Source of the DNA: Mytilus edulis
Taxonomy: Eukaryota
Direction of reading: 5' to 3'
DNA length: 64,000 nucleotides
Assembly: GCF_963676685.1 (NCBI RefSeq)
Contig: NC_092344.1
Location: 82,584,001-82,648,000, forward strand
A program made the position numbers and the translations under genes. Each line of letters starts with the position of its first letter. Position 1 is the first letter of the stretch. Shown in pieces: positions 11,589 to 23,272 of the stretch. The notes beneath the pieces were generated by a model. It was not told the DNA's origin, made no database searches, and saw nothing but the letters and a program-made list of their open reading frames with translations.

Positions 11589-14500
11589 GTTTTGACTACT
11601 CACCAAAAGGCGTTAGAATCGGGAAACTGAAACATAAAGTTCGAAATTGAAGATTTATTATGAATTATGACCATATCAATGATAATTCAAGTCCACACAG
11701 AATTCTTACTACTAGGCTAGTGGTGCCCTATGAAGAAAATCTTCAGCAGCTGTGGCACCCACCAAGTCATTTGTTTATGGTTGTATTTCTCTTGAACATG
11801 TAGAATTTTCAACAGCTCTTCTAAATCATTCGTTTTACGCGAGTCTTTAGGAGATTCAATTTAAACTTTGAGGCCACAAATCCATAATATATTGCACATT
11901 AGATTTGGTTCGTAACAAACGATTATGTGAAATAAAAATATATTCTGGCATATTCTCTTTTTTTTTTTACTTTTGCTATACTCTGGAATTGTATACATAG
12001 CCAAATGACGGTACCTAAAACAATATATGGCTTTAGTAAGGCTAGTAAGATTAACCATATCAGACTGTTTTACATCGATCGTTGATTGAATACATGGCTC
12101 GGTTTTTTTAGTTGCGGCATTCGAAGACTTAAATATATCAAACGATCAAACAGTGCTGTCAGAATTCATATTTGCATTAATTTTCGGCAATGATAAGTTA
12201 AGGTCTATCATCTCTTTTGAAGAGGATATTATAATGCGACGCTCGGTTTTTCTTTACTGACATTTGACCTTGCACGATAACAAACTATACACATAATAAA
12301 ATTGATTGTTGTCTTGATCTATGGATAAAATTGAGAATGGAAATGGGGAATGTGTCAAAGAGACAACAACCCGACCAAAATAAAAAAAACACAACAGCAG
12401 AAGGTCACCAACAGGTCTTCAATGTAGCGAGAAATTCCCGCACCCGGTATAAATACTATTGAAACAATAATTCAAAAAAAGATGAAAGCATGCTGCTCCC
12501 GTTGGTGTAGTTAAGTTTCAGGTCAGTTTATGTAGAACCACTCAGTTGCATTTAGTCAATGATATTTGGTACGCAGTTGTTTCAGTATTTGTATGTGTCA
12601 TTTCTAAGTTATGAAGATTATTTGATCGTGTCCCATCATGGTATTTTGCTTTGTTTACATATTTAATTTGTGATTAGGTCGTGATATTTGGTTAACAGTT
12701 GCATAAATATTTGCACCCTCTTTTCCGTTGAAATTAACATTTTACCCCGATAACGTCAGGGGGTCACTAATATAACATTTTATTGATACATCACTTTGTC
12801 ATTCTAATAAGACGCTGATTATTTCGTATGTATAGTTTTAGAAATGAATAGAAAAACCGCTGTTTCAATGTCCATGGTTCAGAAAACGATCATACTGTTG
12901 ATGCTACATATTCATCTGAACATTCATGATGAAATAAAAATGAATATAAAACAATAGTCCAAAAAAAACTGTTGTAATAAAAACAGGGCAGCTATTGAAA
13001 CACGATTCCAAGAGGTGAAGGTAACTCTATCCTTCTGCAAATTATACGGACAACATAACGAGTTAGTTGAGCGTTATTGAATATCTGTTTTACAGATGAC
13101 GATTGATACGTTCCAATCGTTGTTATCAGAATCGCGTTCTATTCTCCAAAAAACAACAAAATAATTCTTTAGTAATCTATGTTGTGTTTTGTGTACTATT
13201 GTTTATCGTTATGTGGTTTTTCGCATTTTGTTATGGCACTGTCAGCTTGTTTTTGACTCTTTGGGATCTTTTTCTCTTTTCAACGTTTAGTGTACTGCAT
13301 TTTTATTCAATTTATTCTTAGATTATAGCGTTGATATATTATGCAAGAATCTGTGGTAACTACATTTAAAGCAGATGCTCGAAGCTAATCCTCTTAAGAC
13401 TTACACAACATATTTGATACAACATGAAATAATAGAACAATTATACAAAACGTCATGTTCAAACTGCAAGCGATTACAAATGCATAACAAAACAAAACAA
13501 AAATATAAATCCTATTTTAACAGAATGTTAGAAACGACACATGTTTAACGGATAAAACATTTGCTTATACATTTTTGTTATAAAAAGTAAATTGTTGTTG
13601 ATGAAACTAAATGATGGTGACCAATACTTCTGGAAGGTATGACTTTTGTTTCTTGTTTGGTTTTTTAATTTTTGTTTCTTTGTTGTTTTTTTTTTACACA
13701 ATTGTGTGTATATCCATGTCATAATTGCTGTAGCAAAAAAAATGTAATGTTTTGCTGAAAAGACATTCATTGGGATTTCAATTGCAAACTATCCGTAGGA
13801 AAAAAGTAATATCACTCAGATTCTGATGAAAATTCAAAACGGAAAATCCTTAATCGAATGGCAAAATCAAACGATAGGAGCTTATTTCTTAAAACAAACC
13901 CATATTGTTATATAATACAAATGTTTCTTTTATTTCCAAATGATATTCTGAGAACGATTTATATATGATCTCATTTCAATAAAAAAAAAAAAGAGCCCCT
14001 ATTTGACATTAATTATCCGTTTGGCCTAGATTTTAATCAATTTTACGATTAAGAGTCAGAACTTTCTGTGAAACGAGAGGTTAACGAAAAATAGATTTGT
14101 TATGAACCGACCCTCGTTGTAAACTTATATATGTAAGTCAAGATATGAGGCCGACTCATCTGCATCTATTGTATTCTTTATCTCAATTTTGAAGTGATAG
14201 ATGTAGATGTATTCAACAAAGTCACAATTTTTGAATTATCTGGTTATTCAGCAGCTATATAGCGGAAAGTAAATGGACAAGTCAGCAAGAAGGGGACGGT
14301 TGGTTCCTATGTAATTTGCGATTTGATTAAATTCAAAGCGCCAACACGACATCATTAAATACCAGAACTATTTGGAGAATTCGATGAATGACCTTTTATA
14401 AGCCTAAAATTCGTACCCTAAAAATATTTCTCGTACTTAAGTTGAAGTCAATAAATGCTCCCTCTGCCCAGTCAACCACAATTACCAATATTTCATAACA

Positions 14501-15025
14501 TCTTTCTATACTGAATATACATGAAATAATGCTCCACATAGTTTTTAAAAATGGTTTATCCCGAAAAATCGTATCATACGCACCAAAATTATATATGACA
14601 ATTTTTCATTTTTCATCTTTTGCTTTATGATTTTACACATTTAGTGTTACTCACGGCTTTTAAACTTAGTGTGGCATGGTTACACATAAATGATCACACA
14701 GCCACGAGATCTAGCTGTTATTTAAAAGAAATCAGAGAAAATTACATGAACTTAAAAGCACCTCAAATATCCTGTCACGATATATTGGCCTTCAAAATGA
14801 GTTGTTACTTCACTGACCAGATTGTACATGTTTAAGTCCTTGGTTTCAAGATTAAAAAATTGTTGATTTCTAATTTTGTCATACAATAGACGCGTATAAG
14901 TACCAGATTTCAAGGTTGAAAATCTATAAGCATATCAAAAGAAAGAAAAACACTGTCCTAAGTTGGTACAGGCATGTCCATATGTAGAAAGTGATAGCTC
15001 AATTATGTTATTATAGCTTGCTTAA

Positions 15026-15480
15026 GGTAGCACAACACAAAGAGTTTTCATCCCTAATCAGACATCTTTAAACTGATGTAATTCCACTCATCTTTCTTTA
15101 AATTTTATAAATGAGGTACCAAAAGAAAGAAGAGGGATTAATCTTTCAAATTGTGATAATTTCATTATGACATAATTATTACATAATTAATTGTTATGTA
15201 ATTAGTTGCCATATTGTGATGTCCATACTTGAATGAATTTAGCTTCTTTGTTATTCATAGCATCCCAAAATATTTTATAGATTCTTGCACAACACAGTTT
15301 GACCTGCAAAACTCTGTCTCAGATTTTTCCTATTGCATTTCATTCTCTCATAAATCTTCAATGAAGTTTTCAACATCAATTCATACGAGACCACTAAATT
15401 CAATTGGGTATAAAATTTGTTCTATTGATGTTTTTGGAAATCTGAGATTGGGAGAAAAAAAATCTTTGTATTGTGCTACC
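15026..15480. mobile_element. MITE with TTAA TSD (Kolobok-like)
   Basis: TIR GGTAGCACAA(C/T)ACAAAGA. TTAA at 15022-15025 and 15481-15484. Confidence 0.85.
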
Positions 15481-16010
15481 TTAACCCCTCAATTGTTTGA
15501 CAGTCGCATATACTTCCATGATATTGACAACAATATGTGATCAGGAAAAAAACCCATCATAGGTAGCATTGTCGAAAAATTGAGGTACAGCAGTCAATAA
15601 TGTGTTATAATCTTATCACTTCACAACGAAAATCTCTGTAAAAAAAAAGAAAAAAATCAAACCGACTACATACTTTCTGTTAGTATGCTTACACAATAGG
15701 ACCTTATCATTTGACAAATCCAATGGCTTGAAAATGGTCTTTTCGACGATTTACATGTTCAAACAGTCCGCTGCTCAAATTCTGCTACAAAATAAAGCAT
15801 AACCGGATTAAATAATGATCTTATTGAAAACACCGTTGATATTAGACATAGTGGTTTGTTCGGCTATAAGTAATAAAAGTTGTCAAAAGGCTCTATTATG
15901 ATAGGACTATATAAAAAGAGAAGATGTGGTATGATTGCCAATGAGACAACTAACCAACATAACATTACAATTCGTATGTTTCATATACATATATGTACAG
16001 AAAACAAGGC

Positions 16011-16267
16011 TTTTTTCCTCTTAGTTGATTTTTTCATATTCAACCTATCTACTATGATTTAAAGACATATTGTGCATTAGAACTTACCTTAAGAAATAAT
16101 CTAGTTGCCTTCGTCCATGCATGCATGGAGTAAGCTTAGTTCCTAAGTTTTCATGTTTACATAAAGTGTTTGCAATTTATTTCTTAAGATAAGTTACAAT
16201 GCACAATATGTCTTTAAATCATAATAAAAAGGTTGAATATGAAAAAATCAACTAAAAAGAAAAAAAA
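16011..16267. repeat. ~90-bp inverted repeat (MITE-like foldback)
   Basis: TTAGTTGATTTTTTCATATTCAACCT..GATTTAAAGACATATTGTGCATT is mirrored at 16178-16267. Spacer contains the palindrome TCCATGCATGCATGGA. Confidence 0.75.
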
Positions 16268-16384
16268 GATAGTTACATCGAATTAAAAAAAAAATGCACT
16301 AACATCATGAAATTAGGCGGTAAAAATAAATGGAGGTTCTCTAAACTTGATGTTAATTTCCAGTTTTATTTAATACCTTGTTAG

Positions 16385-16600
16385 AAAAAGAGGGACGAAA
16401 GATACCAAAGGGACAGTCAAACTCATAAATCTAAAACAAACTGACAACGCCATGGCTAAAAATGAAAAAGACAAACAGAAAAACTATAGTACACATGACA
16501 CAACATAGAAAACTAAAGAATAAACAACACGAACCCCACCAAAACTAGGGGTGATCTCAGGTGCTCTGGAAGGGTAAGCAGATCCTGCTCCACATGTGGA
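16385..16600 (+). repeat. Dispersed SINE/retroelement-like repeat (also 22270-22560 and 34590-34925 on -, 25250-25400 on +)
   Basis: Shared GAGGGACGAAAGATACC..CTGACAACGCCATGGCTAAAAATG..GAACCCCACCAAAA..CAGATCCTGCTCCAC. Confidence 0.7.
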
Positions 16601-17380
16601 ATAAGAAATTACAGAACAGTTTTTGTAACCGAAGAATTACATTTCGGTATTATATCAGTTTGTTATTTTAATGATGAATTAGGGTAGACCAATTTTCACT
16701 ATATGCATTGTTAAAACTTTCTTACAATGAATATGTGTGGTACTGATTTAACGTTTTGTTCGGACATAACAACCGCGTGATCATTTAATTGTATTCAAAT
16801 GATGGATTTCTTATGAAAAAACATGTGTTTATGACTTTCAGCATGTGAAAAAGAGAGTACATTAAGTTCGTTAAGAATTTTATACAAAACAAACAATATT
16901 TGTCTAAATAAATACATACTACATCAGCTGTGGTTTCTGTTGGTGGTTACCGTTACATTAGTATTTAAGTAACAAATATGTTTGTTTTGGTAATTATATA
17001 CTACATTATCTTTGGTTTCTTTTGATGGTCAACATTACATAATTATTTTCAAGTAAAAGCCCTGCATTTCCCTCGGGCGATACAGTTGTTATATCGATAT
17101 TGTGTATAACTGTATGGTTCTAGGGGTAAACAACCTTACAATTATAACTTAAGCGTTGATATATAAGTTCGAAAAGATGTGGTCTTTTTTTTTTTATAAA
17201 TTTAAGCATTAAGACAAGGTATGATATACTTTTCTTTTTCGAATAGGAAGGGTTCTGTTCTTTTTATATAGTAGTGTTTACTAAGTTAACCATAGGGTCA
17301 AAACTACTAATGATGGACTGTAAGTTCTAAGCAGTTTCGTCATATCAGTAGTCAGACACTGAAAGGGGTTATCGCATAAC

Positions 17381-18736
17381 TTTTGTCGAGCGGTCCACTT
17401 TTGTCACAGAAAGCTCGCCATAGTATTAGTGATCCGGCGGCGGCGTTTAGAAATTTATTAAAAGCTTTATTTTTTAGAAGGTGGAAGACCTGGATGCTTC
17501 ATACTTTAAATAAAGATGCCTTGCGTTATGAAGTATCCGTCACATGTCCAATTGTTCATAACCTCATTTTCATGTTTCAGTGACTACTTAAATAAAAAGG
17601 TTAAACATGTTTGTAATTTCTCTCTTATCATCAGTAATAGGATAATTGGTATGTGCGTACTTTGCAAGGTATCAATGCCCGTCAGAATGTTTTCACTTGT
17701 CCCCGACCTCATTTCATAGATCAGTGAACAAGGTTAAGTTTTGGTGGTCAAGTTCATATCTCAGATACTACTAGTATAAGCAATATATTTGGTGTATGGA
17801 AAGGTTGTAAGGTTTACATGTCCAACTGGCTGGCGTCATCTGACTGGGTCGTTGCCATTGTTGGTGTACGTTCCCGATGGTATCACCAGCCCAATATTCA
17901 GCCATTCGATGTTGACATGCATATCAATTATATGGTCATTTTTATAAATTTCCTGTTTACATAAGTAAGTTTCTTATCCCATATGTAGATTACCTTAGCC
18001 GTATTTGGCACATTTTTGGGGGAATTTTTGATCCGAAATACTCTTCAACTTTTTACTTGTTTGGCTTTATAACCAATTTGATCTAGGTGTCACTGATGAG
18101 TCTTATGTAGACTAAACGCGTGTCTGGCGTATTAAATTATAAGCATGGTACCTTTGATAACTATTGACGTCATTTTCGTGGTTCAGTAGATTTGGTTAAG
18201 ATTTTATGTATTGGTCTGTTTTTCTTATACTGTAGCCAATAAGTGTACTATATATGGTGTATTGAATAATTGTAAGGTCTACATAGGTTAACTATATGTG
18301 TTGTATGAAAATATTTGACAGTGTAAATGTTAGTCTGGCAGGTTTTATTCGACCTCGACCTCATTTTTTACGGTTTATTGAGTCAATGTTAATTTTTTTA
18401 AAGTAATAGGTTCACTATTTTTGGGGTATTGAATGATTGTAAGGTGTATATGTCTGTCTGGCAGTGTTCATTCGACTTTAGCCTCATATTTTTGGTTCAT
18501 TGATCAATGTTAAGTTTTCCTGGTTAAGTTGGTTTCTTCGATTTGCAAAAGCTCGACTTTATTTCAACCATATTTGGTGTAAGGAATGATTGTAAGGTGT
18601 ATACACATACTTCAGTCTGGGTTTGGATCATGTTAATTGAATTTGATAGTTGTAATAAAGCTTTATTTTTAGAGCTATCAATATAATATCAATGGTTAGT
18701 AAAGGAGGCGAATTATTTCAGGGTGTGCACTCTTGT
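17381..18736 (+). mobile_element. Helentron/HINE-like element with internal ~150-bp tandem units, interrupted by a retrozyme copy
   Basis: 5' GTCGAGC..AAGCTCG and CGGCGGCGGCG microsatellite. Repeated TATTTGGTGTA..GATTGTAAGGTGTA units. 3' GTGTGCACTCTTGT. Related decayed copies at 60055-62080. Confidence 0.65.
17844..18165 (+). mobile_element. Near full-length retrozyme-like monomer with hammerhead motif (18088-18129), subfamily TATGT; G12 mutated
   Basis: TGTCA-CTGATGA-GTCT-TATGT-AGAC-TAAA-CGCGT-GTC-TGGCG. 3' tail GGTACCTTTGATAACTATT. Confidence 0.75.
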
Positions 18737-19512
18737 CTAAATTTTGAGAAAAAAATTAAGAAATTATTTTTAAAAAAAGGTACTAAATCTATCAGATTAA
18801 GTTGATTTTAGATGTTTTGTTTTTGCTTTTATTTTTATTTGTATTTTAACGGCACTTGTTGAAATGAGGCGTAATCCACATTTTTAGTTTTTCAAAATGT
18901 TATTAGTATATCCAGGAACATATATTTGAAATACTGTTCACAGTATATCTTATTGTTCTTTTTATTTTACGAAGTTGAAGTGGTAAAAACACGTCACATC
19001 ACTTCACCACTTACACTTAATTCTTTCATAACTTTATCATACATTTTTATATTGTCGGTATATAACTTGTATGTAATTGTGACTGCATGGAACAAGTCAA
19101 ATTAATTCGCAATTAAGGTCCAAAATTATGCCTTTGTAATTATTACAAGTAGTGCTTACTATATTATAAATGTAACTATAATGTAACTATAATGTAGTGT
19201 TATATAGTTTGGAAACCTAGGATTGATTTGTGGAGTTAATTTGATCTTAAACTGAACTTATCTTATATAAATTACGATCTTACAAGAATATACATATATT
19301 TACCATAGTGGTAAACATTTCTGATACTATCCAAAATAATACGAAATTAAATACTTAAGAAGACAGAAAAAAGGTTACATCACAGTAAGGATTACCCCCT
19401 CCCCAACCCCTACGATAAAGTGAAACAATCAATTACATCAACATCATGTTGTTCAAGAAAATTACATACCAATGGGACTTTAAGGCAATTGTGATCCGGT
19501 GTAAAAGGTTTA

Positions 19513-19593
19513 GGGGAATTCCACTACCGAATATATTTACAATATATATAGTCTGGAAAAATCTTTGATTTTATATCTAAAAGAATCATCAAG
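19513..19593 (+). promoter_or_regulatory. Lysozyme 1 promoter: kappaB site, TATA-like box and short non-coding exon 1
   Basis: GGGGAATTCC at 19513-19522 matches GGGRNWYYCC. TATATATA at 19543-19550. Donor AAG|GTAAGC at 19593/4. The block is alignable to 29735-29815. Confidence 0.65.
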
Positions 19594-19961
19594 GTAAGCG
19601 AAACGATGTTATTTTAAACATGCCTAAATATTTAAAAAAAATGTACAAATCAAGTGCATTTATAATGTAAAACTGCCGCATAAAGATATATTTTGTATAT
19701 TAATTTTATTTTCTTAACGAAAACAAGAGTCGATTACATGATTCTGCCTATATGTGCTAATTGAAAAAAAATCAAAATTCTACGCAGACTATTTTGAACA
19801 TATTGTTTTTACCGTTTTTGCGAATAACTTCAAGCAAAATAAAGAAATAAGCCAGAAATTAAAATCAAATTTTGATGTGGCTCTTAACAAATCGAGACGA
19901 GAAATAACAATCTAGATTATTTTTGTTATTACATGGGTTTTTACAGGTCAGTGAATACAAG

Positions 19962-20091
19962 ATGCATTGTTTGTGTCCAATTTTAATTGCCTTTGCACTG
20001 GTTGGGTATTCCTATGGAGCTACCAAAACGAAGTGCCAAGTTGTACAAGCACTACGCAATCAGAATGTACCAGACAGTGATCTTAGAGACT
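19962..20091 (+). CDS. LYZ: c-type lysozyme paralog 1, coding exon 1 (signal peptide + N-terminus)
   Basis: Acceptor TTACAG at 19946, ATG at 19962. MHCLCPILIAFALVGYSYG-ATKTKCQVVQALRNQNVPDSDLRD. Donor T|GTGAGT. Confidence 0.93.
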
Positions 20092-20983
20092 GTGAGTATG
20101 ATCAACTGTTAAAAGTCATTGCAAATCTTATTACAATGTATCAGTTTTGAAAAATTTTGAATCCATAATTTATTTTTTTAAACACAAGCAAAATAGTTTC
20201 TTGTCGAGACCCATTTTCACAATATCAAAAACATATTCCCTATTCACTGCAATTTAACAATTTTTTTTAATAAGAAGTAAAATAACAAAAAATAACAATC
20301 GCAAGGGATAATTCAAAACGGAAAGTCCCTTATCAAATAACAGAATCAAGAGCTCAAACACATCAAATGCATTAAGAAACAACTGCTATATTCATAATTT
20401 GGTGTAGTTATTTACTTCTGTAGATTATGGTGGATTAAACCTGGTTTCATAGCTAACTAAACCTCTCACTATTACATCGCGTAAAATGCCATAATATTGA
20501 CGACGACGTGTGAGCAAATTCAAAAGAATAATAGGTTAAACTGTCAAAAAAAGTGCTGACATAGAATTTCAGAATTTTTACTCCTGAAATAATTTTGCAT
20601 TCAAAATTGCATACAAAATGCAGCATCTACAAATAAACATGGACACATGTATAATGACTGAAACATGGAATTTGCAAACGCAGTATATTTCAGTCTGAAC
20701 CACAAGTTTTCATGCAATAAGACATTTCGTTTCTTTTATAACATATGGAGGTCATGCTGTATACATTGTCTGTCTTTGTGTAAAACTGGCTTATCCCAAT
20801 CACATTGTTTGCATATATCAACGCCAGTACTGCTTAGCTCATATGTAGTTTTGTGACGTTATGCGTCTTTTTTCTGAAGGATACGGGTGTTAGTCGCTGT
20901 TGTGGTCTGTTGGACTGTCAATTATTATAATTACTGTGATATTTCTCTATGTTTAATATTACAACACTTTACAATTAAGTTAA

Positions 20984-21486
20984 GGTGGTATGGGAGTCTA
21001 ACATAAAAATTATAGAATATGTTCATAGTATCTATTGATGTATGTTCAAAAATATATTAAAAATGATAGGTCACCGTGCAATTTCTCAAACTACAGGTTG
21101 TAACAAAAGAACATATTTTGTAAGGATTATACAGGAAAAAAACATTTTGTGATTAGAAACTAAATAAAATGATAGAATTGTAAAATGAATTAGGAAAAGA
21201 TAGCTTTCAGACAATGCTTTGAGAATATCAAAAGAAAACATAGTTTCACCGTACATTTTTTTCCGGCTAAAATACAAAATAGGAATATTGAAAACAACCA
21301 AAAATAATCTACACATGTAAAATATTAATATGTATAAGTTATATTCTTATAAATTGGTTCTTTTAAATAAAAATTGACATTGAATATCTGCATTCCTGCA
21401 TCAAATTTTGCTAACTTGATAGAAAATCTGGACGTTAGGTTCTCGGTTTTTTACAATCTAAGATGGCGGAAGACACCCATACCACC
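20984..21486. mobile_element. MITE with TTAA TSD (Kolobok-like) in lysozyme 1 intron
   Basis: TIR GGTGGTATGGG(A/T)GTCT. TTAA at 20980-20983 and 21487-21490. Absent from paralog 2. Confidence 0.85.
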
Positions 21487-21529
21487 TTAACAGTACAAAT
21501 AGTAATGTAATCAATGTTTACTCTTTCAG

Positions 21530-21709
21530 GGCTGTGTTTGGTAAAACACGAAAGTAACTACAAATATGATGCAGAAGGTACAAATTCTGATTCGAAAGAT
21601 TATGGTATTTTTCAGATGAACAGTAAATACTCTTGTGGAAATCCAAAGGGTACTAGTTCCTCTATCTGTTGGAGAGTTAATACCTTCGGCTGTGCCGACT
21701 CTTGCACCT
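21530..21709 (+). CDS. LYZ: c-type lysozyme paralog 1, coding exon 2 (catalytic Glu and Asp)
   Basis: [46 protein letters not shown]22 motifs W-x-C..ES and DYGIFQ. AG/GT boundaries in phase 1. Confidence 0.95.
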
Positions 21710-22156
21710 GTAAGTACAACAATACAATCCAGTTATATAAACCTTATATCTTGTGTAAAAAGATATCTAGGAGAGTTTACATGCATTGCATATTGGTCGG
21801 AACCTTTATAACTGAATTACCATATGATATATCCGTTTTTTTAAATTTTTTATAGTGATGACTTAATATTGAAAGTACTCTTGTAGATTGATAGTTAATA
21901 ACATTTCATACCGATATACAAATATATGTCTAAAATATTAAAGTGCAGTAACATGCTTATCAATCGTTGATTTATTCATTTGAGCATTGATTTTTTTTTC
22001 TCTTGAATATGATTGTATTGCAATGTTTTGACAGTACACGGACTACTTTTGTTGCAAATCAGTAATATCATAATAATACAGAGTTGACAATGATGAAGAT
22101 TTAGATGATTTAGACCAGTTTATGTAAACGTTTATATACTTCTTTTTTCTTTGTAG

Positions 22157-22232
22157 CATTCAAGAACGCAGACATATCAAACGATGCAAATTGTGCCGTA
22201 AGGGTTAAAAATTGTGCAGGTTTTAGCAGATG
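22157..22232 (+). CDS. LYZ: c-type lysozyme paralog 1, coding exon 3
   Basis: SFKNADISNDANCAVRVKNCAGFSRW. TTGTAG|..TG|GTAAGT. Confidence 0.95.
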
Positions 22233-23208
22233 GTAAGTTTATGTTTATAGTGTAATAAGTTTATATCGGATATGTAATGTTCCTTACGTCGTAAATATAA
22301 TCACTTCCTTTTAATAAATGTGACCTACCGAAATATACTATTTACCGGATTTGTAATAACATAAGCAACACGACGGGTGCCACACGTGGAGCAGGATATG
22401 CGCACCCTTTCGGAGCACATGAGATCACCGCTAGTTTTTGGTGGGGTTTGTGTTGCTTATTCTTTTGTTTTCTATGTTGTGTCATGTGTTCTATTGTTTG
22501 TCTGTTTGTTTTCTTTCATTTTTAGCCAGGCGTTGTCAGTTTATTTTTTATTTATGAGTAGCATGCCCTAGATAAATAAGATTCAAATATGTTTTATGTT
22601 TTAGATAAATAAAAACTTAACAGGATTTTGCAGTGCACTTTTTTGCATTTCTCCAGAAGGTGCCAAAATAAACTAAGTTTGGAAATAGGTTTAAGAACTT
22701 CCCCACAGGTAATAATTGAAGTGAGCTGTATTGATGGACATGGACAAAAAGTTTAGATATCTCTCATTTTCAAATACAAGTGTTATTTTCATCTGATTTT
22801 ATTACGTTTTTATTAACTTTTATTGTCAAAAATTGAGTGACCCGTGTCGTTTTAGTAATATAGCCGTAACGCGAAATAGTTTATTTCCTGAATTAATGTG
22901 TCTGCACTAAAAGTAGATATGCATGTACTATGAATATACTGGATGACGATATATAGGTCGTCATATTAGAACTGTTATTTAAAATAGAGTCTGAAACGTG
23001 TAATACAATGTAATAGGAAAGACGATCTTATAAGGGGGCATTCCTCTATATATGTACTGTTAAGAACCATTGCTATTGATATTTTGTAATCAAGTGTATA
23101 AAGCTAATATTATATCCTTTCACTTATTTATTTGTAATGTGACATGTTGTCTATTCAAATAAAATATCAATGATGCATACATTTTTTATCTTGAGGTCTA
23201 TTTTTTAG

Positions 23209-23272
23209 GTATGGTTGGAAAGACCACTGTTCTAATGTCCAAGGTTCAGAATACGACTACAGCTCATGCTAG
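23209..23272 (+). CDS. LYZ: c-type lysozyme paralog 1, last coding exon (149-aa protein total)
   Basis: YGWKDHCSNVQGSEYDYSSC* (TAG 23270-23272). AATAAA at 23287. Confidence 0.95.
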
